Source: Phallusia mammillata
Lineage: Eukaryota
NCBI GenBank assembly: GCA_965637545.1
Contig: OZ281499.1
Coordinates: forward strand, 19,406,001 to 19,470,000
Reading direction: 5' to 3'
Length of the DNA: 64,000 bases
Below are positions 13,101-24,023 of the stretch, piece by piece. Below the pieces are notes generated by a model that had not been told where the DNA came from, made no database searches, and saw nothing but the letters and a program-made list of their open reading frames with translations. The position numbers and the translations under genes are program-made. Each line of letters begins with the position of its first letter. The stretch's first letter is position 1.

Positions 13101-15176
13101 CCTGTACTGTTTTAGAATTTCACCACAATGTTACACCAGTTTTTTCCAAATTTATTGGCTTGGCTTAAAACTCTTTAGGATTTAACCAGCGAGAATTTGC
13201 ATGAATTCGTGACTTTTATGTCGCAAACAGAGCCTAATGTTCTGTGGGAAGTCGTTTGCGGTTTGCAGTATCGCGGGGTATCGAGGCAGTTATGTAATTT
13301 GCTTGCACGATTGTACTGTTGTTGTTTATAACAAGAACTGAGGACTTTGCGCACAATACTTACATCAACAGGCACTTTATAACGACGTTGAGTGATAAAC
13401 ATGTTATGTTTGCAGTTAAACTGGGTAAACTGACTTGAGTCGCCCTTTGAGTTAGGTACAAATCAAATTTTGACTTTAGTGTAAAAAGCAAGCGCCTAAA
13501 AGTGTGTTAAAATACTGAACATGCGTTTTGTCACCAGGCAGCATATTTAACAAATATTGTTGTTAAACTGGTGTAATGCTAAAAATACCAGTAGTTTGAA
13601 AAGAACTTGTAACTTTGCTGACGTTTTGCCCACCAGAACTGTAGGGCTTCTTCAGAGCATTGAAGTGGAATATTCGAACACACAAGCAAAAACACACAAG
13701 AGCAGTGGAATATGATAAAATTACCACATTCTTATTTGTTAAATTTTGCTTATTATTGAAGAGGTTGTCAACTCATAAAGATTTTGTCAGTATAAGTCAA
13801 CTCAGATTGGCAGAAGTAACTAAAATATGCTTTTGGAATAATAGAACTGCTTGAGGGAGCTAGATAACGCCATTAGAAGTCGATGTTCGTTAATATGTAA
13901 CAAAGTCAACGTTGTCTGGCATTGTCCCAATGAAAAATCCCTACGTGGTAAAAAGGTAGCTAGTGGGCTTTAACAGTATACGAAAGCAGAACCTTGTCAG
14001 TCGATTACCTCATTGCGTCAACAGTTTGTTTGCATAGTTTCCTGCCTTTTAAACAGACCCAGAGCAAAGGTTCATTGCTGTCAGGCTAAGCTGTTCCGCT
14101 CTATGTGGAATTAGAGGCGATGGGTGCTTGTGCAAGGGTGTACCTTTTTTAGTTTCTTTTTAGTTTGTGTAGTTATTGAATGATGTATGTTTTTTAGATC
14201 AAAATAGGTACAAATGGAAGCACCCAATGTAGTAATTAATACTGTTTATACGCAATTAAGCGTGGAGAGTGAAAGCAGCAACACTGCGGGTAAGAGTCAA
14301 CAAATGCAAAACATAACTAAATAAGCAAAAGAAGTCATGTAGCTTCTGTATTAAGTTTAATATACTATTAGTTAAGAAGTAAAGAGTGCACATTGTATAA
14401 CTTGAATACTCTAACAGCACAGTTTGGTTAATCCATAATTTGCACGAGTAATCCATCACTTACAGCAGGGGTGCTTAATTATAGCATGATGAATTAATGA
14501 ACAATTACACTTTTAAAAGTATAATATGTCAATTTTATTATATTATGCAGGTTCAAGCTATACGAGCAAAAAAGCTTAAGGGCCACACTAACTTAAATTT
14601 GTTGTAAATTAACTAATTTTGTCATATAGCAACGTCTATGACTAAAAGCAATATTGGGGTTTAAACAGAAAATTGCGCAATCTGACTCTACTAAAAATAA
14701 CTGAACACGACTTTGAAGAATACGTCTGCCCAAAACAACTAGAGACAGCGTTCGTAAACGATAGACTAACGTTACAATTAACGTGGAAGTGAACGTAGGT
14801 AAGAACGTCTCTAGTCTTATTGTCAGTGTAACTGTCTGTTCTTGCTACTCCTTTTAGGTTTATTAAACGCGAATATATAGTCAAGTGACCACGTCGAACT
14901 ATAATTCGGGGCAAAGTGTCGCTCCAAACCAAACAATAAAAGTGGGGTTAAGATAAAGTTTTATGATGGCGAAACTGTTAGGGCGTAAGGTTTTACAACT
15001 AGTAAACGCGAGACAGGTAAACTTTTAAAGTAAACATGAAATTACTAAAGTGTCTGATGTGCCGTAAAACTAAATTACACACAGAATAACAAACACAAAA
15101 ATGTAAGTCCGGCTGCTTCCAACTAACACCACATTACCAAAATAATACCCGTGAATTATTAACGCATCTTTTTCAC

Positions 15177-17780
15177 ATGACAGGAACTTCGGCGGGTCAT
15201 GTACAAAACCACATGTATTCTATCAACAATGTTGGTAAGGTGACCCCTCGTTTCATCGAGTGCGAATCTTACCTGGATGCAAAACATCATCTGAGGGAGA
15301 AAGACGTATCGGTACTCCACCTCCAGGGGATTCCCGGATCAGGAAAGTCTTCGATTGTCCGAAAATTAGCTGAAGATTTTCCGTACAGCGCCGAAAGGGT
15401 GTGCGTGAAATGGCATATCGAATGCAACAATGTAAACCATGACATAAAAACACAACTGAAGAAACTTCTGGATCAAATGGCACACCATGAAATGTTGTTA
15501 CGAACGAATGAAGCTGTTTTAAAATGTTCAGTTGATAATTTAATGGCTGGCAGATGCCAACAGTATGTTGATGTTCTTGTTTCTTCCAATCTTTCAACTC
15601 TTATTATCATTGAAGATCCAGGAAAAGATGACAAAACTTTCCTCTGTGATTTTATTACGTGCATCGACAAAATTCAAGTCAGTGAGAACAGAAAGTTTCA
15701 CGTTTATGTAACTTCAAAATCCAAGAAAATTTGCGACTTTCCTAATTCAACCTGTTTTGCTAGGAAACAGATCGGCGGCCTCACCATAACAGAAGGCCTG
15801 AAACTGTTGGAAGTAACGGAATTGGATGGTGACCAGGAGAAAGAGGCCGCTACACAAATTATCCGAAAGTTAAGTGGATCTCCGTTGGGATTAATAGCTG
15901 TCAAAGCCGCAAAAAAGTTTTCTCTTAGCTTTAAAGGTTACCTTGAGCATTTAGAAGATGACAGTCTTATCCACAAAATCATTCAACGAGAAGAACAAAA
16001 TCTTGAAAACCCTCCTCATCTTCACAAAGCAATATTGATTCTTTTGGAGCCCAATAGTGATAGCCCGAAAGCCTTGAAACAATGGAAAGCAATCGCGTCG
16101 CTTTCACTCATTCACCATGGCAACATACCACAACAGCTCATAGGAAGAGTCATGCAGCACTTAAGAATGAACGAAGAAAGCACTAAAGAATGCAGCATGC
16201 AAAACAAGGCAGATTCCGATGATTTTATTGACAAGTTCAATGATTACGGATTGTGCGAAGTGACAGGTCGGGAATATATGGAAAGAAAACTCACATTTCA
16301 TGAGGTGGTTTTAACTGCTGTGAGACTTTATCTGAAAGGAACAGAAGAAATGGTTACTGCTGAGCACATAATGACTCTATGCTTGGCCAGCATTGTACAT
16401 AAGGATTTAAGGAAACCTCAAATTCATGAGTTTATGACATCCATGTTGCCACATATACGCGCCTTGTTGAAGCGGCAAGTTTGTTCCCGAGACCTTTTCT
16501 TGCAATTCTGTCGTGCTCATCTTTACGAGGTTTTCGGAGCAGTTACAAGAAAGCAATTTGCAGGTGATGATAACCTAAAGGAAGCTGAGACGCAACTGAC
16601 AAAGTCCGTCGAGATTTGGTTTGAAACAATACGTTCCATAAACAACAGCAACATTTCCCACGATACAGCTCTTGAACCATTAGCAGAAGAAACTTTGAAA
16701 GCCCGGGCAAAACGCATTGTAGATGAATGCGTTCAGGCAGGACAAAAGCTGCGAGACAGCAATAATTTCGACATCGAGAAATACATCAGTGTTGTTTTGC
16801 AACTAAAACCGAGTGAAATACGCCACTACTTTCAACAGTCTAGCCCAGAAGATGAAACTTTTTTTGAAGAAATTGTTGACTGTAGGATATCCGTTCACCC
16901 CTTGAAGCTATATGAGTTAAGACACAAGCACGAGGGTCTGTTTCTTGCAAGAAACAAGCTGTACGAAACTTACCTTGCGGAAAGAATAGCGTCAGTCCTT
17001 CATACCATGAGCGGGCTCATTAAGTCATACCACGGTGCTGAGGCGTTGGAGGTTAGACCTCGTTTCAAACTGTTTGCAACAATTGGTTTGAAAATTTGTG
17101 AAGAAGTGCAGAGACGGTATGAGTTTGCTCCAATATTCATACGTCTAACTGCTCATCGGTTGATCCGCATAAAATTAAAGAGTCTGACCCGTCTGCATAC
17201 TGATAATCGCCGTGAAATCCTGGTTGAAACAAAAACCTTTATTCTTGAAAATCTTATGGGAGAAATCAATCGTCAAACTTTGGTCTTCGAGCACGGTATG
17301 TCAAAAGTGATTGATAAAGATGCTTTTGATTGCCTAAAACACGAATCTTCCGTCGTACGCATCAATGCAAAAGTCGTGTCTCTTGGTCCTGGTGATCACA
17401 TTAACATCAACGAAGCTGACGCAGCGTGCGACGAACTCTACACAAAGGCCACCGACAATAAAGAATGGGAAATCTCTCCAAAGTGCCTTGTGTACTGTGG
17501 AAAGTACTGGGCCTCTCGAGGCCAATATTCCAAAGCTATAGATCATTTTGATAAGGCCCTGCGCTTTATAGATTTTCAAGGTCGAACCGAGACCTCAAGG
17601 TCGTATCCATGGGCTTGCTTTAACCATGCAAGGGCAGTTGTACGTGGCAGGCTGGCGAATCGTGCGGCAAGAAGCAAAACTCTTTGTGAAAGGGTTCTGG
17701 AAAATCGGAGATCTATATCACGAAAGCTTGTAGAAAACATTGAAACTCTGCTTCCAGAGTTGGTAAATTTGTCAAGCTAG
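15177..17780 (+). CDS. STAND P-loop NTPase (NB-ARC/AP-ATPase-like) with C-terminal TPR-like repeats; NLR-like protein, probably one giant terminal exon
   Basis: Intact 867-aa ORF. Walker A GIPGSGKS, Walker B TLIIIED, sensor-1-like VYVTSK, GLTITEGLKLL, GSPLGL (GLPL-like), TFHEVVL (MHD-like), and TPR-like LVYCGKYWASRGQYSKAIDHFDKAL / YPWACFNHARAVVRG. A possible splice acceptor ttttcacatgacag| lies at 15183. Confidence 0.85.
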   Translation: MTGTSAGHVQNHMYSINNVGKVTPRFIECESYLDAKHHLREKDVSVLHLQGIPGSGKSSIVRKLAEDFPYSAERVCVKWHIECNNVNHDIKTQLKKLLDQMAHHEMLLRTNEAVLKCSVDNLMAGRCQQYVDVLVSSNLSTLIIIEDPGKDDKTFLCDFITCIDKIQVSENRKFHVYVTSKSKKICDFPNSTCFARKQIGGLTITEGLKLLEVTELDGDQEKEAATQIIRKLSGSPLGLIAVKAAKKFSLSFKGYLEHLEDDSLIHKIIQREEQNLENPPHLHKAILILLEPNSDSPKALKQWKAIASLSLIHHGNIPQQLIGRVMQHLRMNEESTKECSMQNKADSDDFIDKFNDYGLCEVTGREYMERKLTFHEVVLTAVRLYLKGTEEMVTAEHIMTLCLASIVHKDLRKPQIHEFMTSMLPHIRALLKRQVCSRDLFLQFCRAHLYEVFGAVTRKQFAGDDNLKEAETQLTKSVEIWFETIRSINNSNISHDTALEPLAEETLKARAKRIVDECVQAGQKLRDSNNFDIEKYISVVLQLKPSEIRHYFQQSSPEDETFFEEIVDCRISVHPLKLYELRHKHEGLFLARNKLYETYLAERIASVLHTMSGLIKSYHGAEALEVRPRFKLFATIGLKICEEVQRRYEFAPIFIRLTAHRLIRIKLKSLTRLHTDNRREILVETKTFILENLMGEINRQTLVFEHGMSKVIDKDAFDCLKHESSVVRINAKVVSLGPGDHININEADAACDELYTKATDNKEWEISPKCLVYCGKYWASRGQYSKAIDHFDKALRFIDFQGRTETSRSYPWACFNHARAVVRGRLANRAARSKTLCERVLENRRSISRKLVENIETLLPELVNLSS

Positions 17781-18361
17781 ACATGGTTCCGTTTAGCACA
17801 AGGCGTGACCGTACTGAAAAAGATTGTAACATGGTCTAGTTAAATCGCGTATTGAGTGTAACGGTTAGCTTTGGCTTTGCTTGTCAGTAAGTCATCCTAA
17901 TTTTATTTTGAACAGAATTGTCAACATTAAAAGACTGCTGGCTTTGCCTATTAATTATTAACACTTGATTCAACAGGCGTTGGTTATAATTGTATTACGT
18001 TGATTTTTAGATATGAAACAACCAAGGGTGTAGTTCTGCTTGTTGTATGATTAGTAAATTTTTTTATTATTATTCGTGCAATCATTTATTTACCGAATTT
18101 AGCTGTGACTCCAAGCTATAGTCGTTTTGTGTCTCTTTGCTTTGCTGTAGTTCAAACACCATTGCGGCCGGCCATTTAAATCGCTTTTAAAGTGATGTGT
18201 TTGCTGCTGTCTGCACAGTTTGTAGTCAACCTTAAATATTTACTTGTGTGACATATAAAACTATCAATCATTCGTAAACTTGTGTTTAGTACGTTTTACC
18301 TTGATCATCGGTTGCTTCGCAGCAACCCGATCGATTTTTTGAAATGATGGTTGATGTGAAA

Positions 18362-18387
18362 GGGGGGGGGGGGGGGGGGGGGGGGGG
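18362..18387 (+). repeat. Poly-G tract (26 G)
   Basis: Direct count. Confidence 0.9.
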
Positions 18388-19049
18388 CTAATACGTTCTT
18401 AGGAGAACAAAACATAATGTATGGGACCTTCTATGAGGTGAAAAGTCATGCAATGTAGTCGTGTAATGGTTTATCTAAAAACAGATTTTTTTGTAAAAGC
18501 ATATAGAGCCAATAAATGATGAGCTGCAGACAGTGCACACTGTTTCGACCTATTTTTTGTGTTGGGTAGTAAGACTGTAAGAGTAAACATTTTAAAATCA
18601 CATAGATTTGGATGGGCAATTAAAACTGTACAAATTTGGTTAACTAGGCTTGATTTTCTGTCCGTTATGTACAAGGATTAGAAAGGACATTTAATCCTCA
18701 TTTATATTTGCTATAATTGGATTATAAGAGTTGCTTGCTGATTGCTGATATATATTCAAAGAACGGTTGCTGCCAGTAACTGTTTGCCTAGCCATCTGTC
18801 TGTTTGCCTAAATCACATACAACGAAGGTTTACGAGAGGTAGGATTTACGGTTTTGCCCTTAGGCAAAATATGAAAGCGTTTTTATGTATAATATGTCCT
18901 ATAACATGTTCATTTGTTTGAATCTATTTGACCATCTCATGGGTTACGATAAAAATGTAAACGACAAAGCATTACACAGAAGTATGCACTTTAGAGGTTT
19001 TTTATATGAGACGATTTTGTACAGAAATAAGGCATAACCATATTGACGC

Positions 19050-20110
19050 ATGGAAATCGACAACGTTGATCTCTTCTATTATGTGATCCGAAGCACTTTG
19101 GGCCAGCGTGTATGGAAAACCCTCTCCCTCCACGTTTAGTATCGACAAAGCACCAGCATTGCGGTGCTTATCACCTGGTCGTCTGTCTCTTGTGAGAGCA
19201 CACATCCCACAGCTGTATCCGGGGCGTCTGTGTCAACGATGAAATGTTTCCTGAAGTCAGCAAGATTGGAGAAGTTAGCAGATGCGCCTTTAGAAGTGAA
19301 AAAGCCTGCTGGCACTTCTCGCCTAATCAGAAACGCTTCTCCTTTCCCGTCAGACGGGGAGTGGGGTAGCGATCAAAACAATTGGGCTACTCCAGGGAGA
19401 TTTCGACGGCCGTATCAAACATTGGCTCGTCATGTCTCTCAGTACCTCCCCGACTTTTTCTTTTTTGTGGTGGGGCATCCTTCGAAGAGGTTGCCTAACG
19501 GTTGGTGGTTTCCCGTGTCAATGTGATGAAGCACGACTTCAGTCCGACTAAGAGTTTCTTTCGACGCGGCAAACGCATCTCTTTGTTCTCGTAACAGTTG
19601 GTCCAAATCGGGCCGTTGGTTATCTCGTTAAAAGGGGAAACTTCGATATCCTCTATGAGGCAATCATCAGCCGCACTCAGGTCTGGCATGGGTGAACTGA
19701 GCAAAGGCACTTTTGCTTCACCGGCGGATATGATATATGGAATGATAGCATATCCTGCATTGATGACCTTGCAAATGGTCCAAACCTAATATGACGTAGT
19801 GCTTTGATAGTTTACAACGTATACATCTGCTTAAATCGCGCAGGACCTGGGGGTAAAGACGAACGGGAGTTTACAGGCTTGTTCACGCCGACTGGTCGAA
19901 TCTGTTGTTCCCAGGCCCGAGATAGTGTCGTTTTCTGTCGTTTACTTTGCGTAAGGTCCGCGTGTCTAGAAATGGACATTCACGTTTTTAGTGTCCTGTT
20001 CTGTCGTATTCGAAGCATCTGCATCCCAATAACCCTGCCAATCTGATCTATTCCCCGAGACTGTCTCCCCAATTCTGTAAACGTTACAGAATCCTGGAAT
20101 AACGGCTTAC
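19050..20110 (-). pseudogene. Ty3/Gypsy gag-pol remnant (internally deleted)
   Basis: Reverse-strand translation gives a degenerate knuckle CFEYDRTGH*KRECP near 19975-20025, then EKCQQAFSLLKAHLLTSPIL(fs)DFRKHFIVDTDAPDTAVGCVLSQ near 19180-19320, the RT-connection/RNase H signature. It has stops and frameshifts. Confidence 0.8.
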
Positions 20111-20183
20111 CTCGAAAGTCCGATCTAACTAACATTGGTTTTTGCTAAAAGGGCATCACATGTTATTACATTATTTCTGGCAC

Positions 20184-20512
20184 ATCCGGGCTTGAAATTA
20201 GAGCCCGCACCCAAAAGTACAAGTCCGAAACCCGGCCCGAACCTGAAACGTTTTCAAGAAGCCCTTTTAGGTCTGAAAGTTTGATTGACAGGCCTATACA
20301 ATAAAGCCACAGGAAAGAACAAGACATCAAACAATTGGTCTTGAACAAGGCGTTTAGGGCTGTTTGACATAAGGTCAGGTTCAACTGCTAGCCACTTAGC
20401 TAGTTAAATTTATTCATAAAAATACTGACACAGAGTGTAATGTCAGGCCCGAATCAGGCCCGTTTTTTGAAGAAACCTAAGCCCGAAAAGCCCGGCCCGA
20501 CTTTTAAATCTG
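20184..20512. mobile_element. MITE, 'cccggcccga' family (copy 1)
   Basis: Colinear with 37330-37660 (aaacccggcccgaacctga...gaaagtttgattgacaggcc...aatactgacac...aagcccggcccgactt). Confidence 0.8.
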
Positions 20513-21139
20513 CGTCTAAATGTTAAGTTAAGATTTTTATATCGCGGTACTGGTTAGTAATTTTTGAACTAAATGTTTGTAGGTGGCGAAAATACACCTA
20601 CAGGGTAAGAACTATAAGTTGGGAAGGATACTGAAAATGCCCTCCAGACGAATCACATTCAACAGACGAATCAAATCCACCAAATCGGTGTTTAAGTCAA
20701 GGGATGGTGGGAAGCACTGTTGGTGGTAGAGGGGAAAATTGGTGCCACCAAAGTTATAGTACAGTTTTGCATGTTAACGTTAAACAAGCCATTCTTTCCA
20801 ACCTCCAAAGTTAAATCCATCTCCGAAATTCGGAGGTAAATTTTCGGTCGGGAAAGGAACCAGTTCATGGGATTGATGTTTCTAGAACTGGTTCGAGAGT
20901 GGTTGTTGCTTCTGGAACCAGTTCAGGTGTTGTTGTTTCTGGTGGAACCAAAGGTGTCTGCACGAACGGCCAACCTAACAGGAAGAAAATTAAGAAATGC
21001 ATATACAACTCCAGTCAGAGTTTTGACCTGCTATGACAAATACTTTATATTGCGCAATTAGAGCTTAATCTACAAGACTCCAAATGGGAAAGGTTGTATT
21101 CTAAATTTAAGAGTAGAAAATGCATAGACTACAGGTTTA

Positions 21140-21480
21140 GTTTGTCGACTCAGAAATTAGCATCAACGCGAGCTTTGTACAGATCTGCTAGACCTAAAAA
21201 AGACGCCATTGAAAATCGAGCCTTGGATTGTTTTCTGTCGTGGGTTCGAGTCCCACCGCGGACTGGATTTTCCAGCCAATGCCTTGCCACAAAGGAATGC
21301 TTGGGCGACCAGCTTGATTAGGAATCACTGCTTCAATAGACCTGGCGTATTCTGATTTATATATGAGTGTGTCGTAGCCGCTGGTCTTCATGATCCCGTT
21401 ATGATTTTTTCCTACTTGGTGGTTTTTGGCTTTTACACAAACCCAAAAGAGTGGCTGTGGTATGCAAACGGGAGGATAAC
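21140..21480 (+). mobile_element. tRNA-derived SINE-like element
   Basis: B-box ggttcgagtcc at 21243-21253, in the context tgtcgtgggttcgaRtccca shared with 34394-34413. The A-box is degenerate and the boundaries are approximate. Confidence 0.5.
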
Positions 21481-21677
21481 TTTTACGTAAGTTCACGATA
21501 AACAAAGGAAAAAAATAAAAAATATACTTGACAGAAGAGCTCTACAAACTTGTTGTAATTCTCTGAAATTATGTAATAATATTTCTACAAATCGCGGCAG
21601 GAAAACTTTCGTTAGAAGTAGATTGATTTTTGAATATTACGAAGTTATTAGTACGATTTGGCAAACCAAAAAAGCAG

Positions 21678-21733
21678 ACCGGATCAAATGACTTCGAGGA
21701 CCGGTTCCGGCCTGCGGGCCGTAGTGACCCCTG
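21678..21733. mobile_element. hAT-type MITE terminus (orphan end)
   Basis: ccggcctgcgggccgtagtgacccctg resembles the common gcgggccgtagt..gacccctg hAT MITE end. No matching left end was found. Confidence 0.4.
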
Positions 21734-23457
21734 TCCTAGATGATGAACCCATAACTATTATCGATATCTGTAAACAATGCAGGCACCACATGATACAGAA
21801 TGGTACCGCACAGGACCACATGTTATTACAACGTACGCAGTTTTAATTGACAAATAAACTATAAATAAACGAAGATTTTTGTGTTCTGATCAACAAATAT
21901 TTGACACAAGAAGAACAGTCATAACGACACAAAGTTCGTGAGCCGGTTTTTGGGTAAGGTTAGGGCTTTAGTTCGCAGAAAGGAATTAATTTAGGCCTGA
22001 CTTTACACTTGGCCTTATTTGTGCCGCAATTTCACTGACTATCGGGTCTAAAACGGTCCTTGATTTACCAAAAATTTCACGATTATATTGCTGCTTTTTC
22101 AAACTACAAAAAAACACGTCGCTTGAACTTAACTTACATAAGAAACAAGACTTAAACCTGTTTGTCCGGACGTTTTTTCGACCGCGTTAAGTTGCTGTTT
22201 ACAGATATGGTTAGCTTTGCAGGAACTTGCGCAATGCTGTAACTTGGCCGAATGGTATGCTTTATTTTTTCAAAAACAGCAGTTTCAGTAATGGATCAAA
22301 ACTATCAACAGCAAGGCTTAAACTGACGATCACTGTTTGCCTTTTTCGACTATAAAACAGCAAAACCAATAGACGGTAAAATTCTTGGTTTAAACAAAAT
22401 CAGTTAGTTTCATATGTGAAATATACTGTCTGATTTTGTTTAGAGTTTAGAAAAAGGATTTTATCGTCTATTGGTTTTACTGCTTTTTTTTAGTTTAATA
22501 TTCGAGCGACTGTATTAAATATTAACTTTCTACCGTTTACTTGTGTTGGTATGGAACAATTGTAATCTAATTTGTTTAATTATATGATGCAATGTCACTT
22601 TGTTGGGGTACAAGCTGGCATTTTATGATCTTAAAACCAACAACATAAATCTTTTGTTGATTCCATATTTCAAAACAAATCACAAAACAATATGTTCACC
22701 AGTTTGTTTTCCTGTGTCACATCAGCAAATGACACATATGACTAGGAACAGCCAATCAGCGATCTTTTTCCCATGTCCAGGTCATTCCTGACAAAGTCAT
22801 TTGTCTTGTGGTGTTTGCGGCGTTCGGAGGTGGAAAGATCGTGAAGCAACAAGGTAAATCCAAGTTCGGCTTTTATTGACTTTACCACATAGTCAGAAGT
22901 ATTAGGAAAACATTGTAAATCATTCAGGTATTTGAACCGGAGTGCAATAAACGTTCTAATTGTTAACAAGATTATTTAAAATAGAGTGGCGTTGCATGTT
23001 TAAACTGCATCATGAATGTATATCAAGATGTTAGTTAGTCAGCGTTAAATGCGTTTTAACGTAAATATATTAAATAAACATATTTATAAATCATTTCTTC
23101 TTTTGTTATGCTGGGGTTACAAACCTAACTCAACCAGCAACTATAAAAGCCAGATAAACAGTTCACTTCATTAGGCAATTGCAACGTGCTTTGGGCATTG
23201 TGACGTTACAAATGCTGGAGCGCTTTTAGAAATCGGCGCCGATTTTGGAACCTGCAACGCGCTTTTATGCTTAAGGCTTTTGGCTTCAACTGTGTTTTAG
23301 ATTTATAATTGCAATTGGTAGCACAATGTACACTGTACTTAACATGTAACTTTGTTTACAGAATCCGAAGTTCTTCTACTCTGCGAACCCGTCAGCCTTC
23401 ATTCATCACCATTTGTCATCAACTTCAAATATTAATTTGTATGTAAACATAGGAGCC

Positions 23458-24023
23458 TGTCGTGGGTCAACCGGAATTGCGGAACTGTTAGGCCTAACTT
23501 AGTTTAACTGGCGCTAGGGATGAGTGACCTATTCTTTGTTCGAGTTGGACCCGTAAAGGAAGTCTTCCTCGATCAAAGAAAGGCCCAAGTCTTCAGGAGT
23601 GCTTCTATGTCAGAAAGTTGGCGCTAGGGCTAGAAATACAGGGGCACTCAATAACTAAGGTTAGGCTAGGTAACATAGGTAGGGTATGTTTGGGGTTCGC
23701 GCGCCACATAGGGACTTTAGCTTAGATCGATTTCTAGCTAGGTGTGGCACGTTGCTAAATGGCTTTAGCTCAAATAAGGTGCGTATAGAAACACGGCCTG
23801 GGCATGGCCTCGACCGCATTGCATTGGCCGCGGTGTAGGCAGGACCAAGTACGGACACCGCTACTTTCAATGAAGACTCAGGCACTTTCGAGGGGGCCGG
23901 CTTTGCATGTAGCCCGAAAAGTCCTGTGAACCACCCTGATAGGGCGCAAACTGATGTTAGTTTTTCCCCTATCCCTGCGTTTGCGTAAAATACTTGGGCC
24001 CTTAAGGGGGGACTCGTGGGACA
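23458..24023. mobile_element. Possible solo-LTR-like GC-richer insert (566 bp)
   Basis: Begins tgtc, ends gaca (TG...CA with a 4-bp inverted repeat) and is GC-richer than its flanks. No matching TSD or PBS was seen. Confidence 0.3.

Noticed and set aside
19164-19789. Plus-strand ORFs of 120 aa and 63 aa
   Set aside because: They are antisense to the Gypsy pol remnant, whose motifs are on the - strand.
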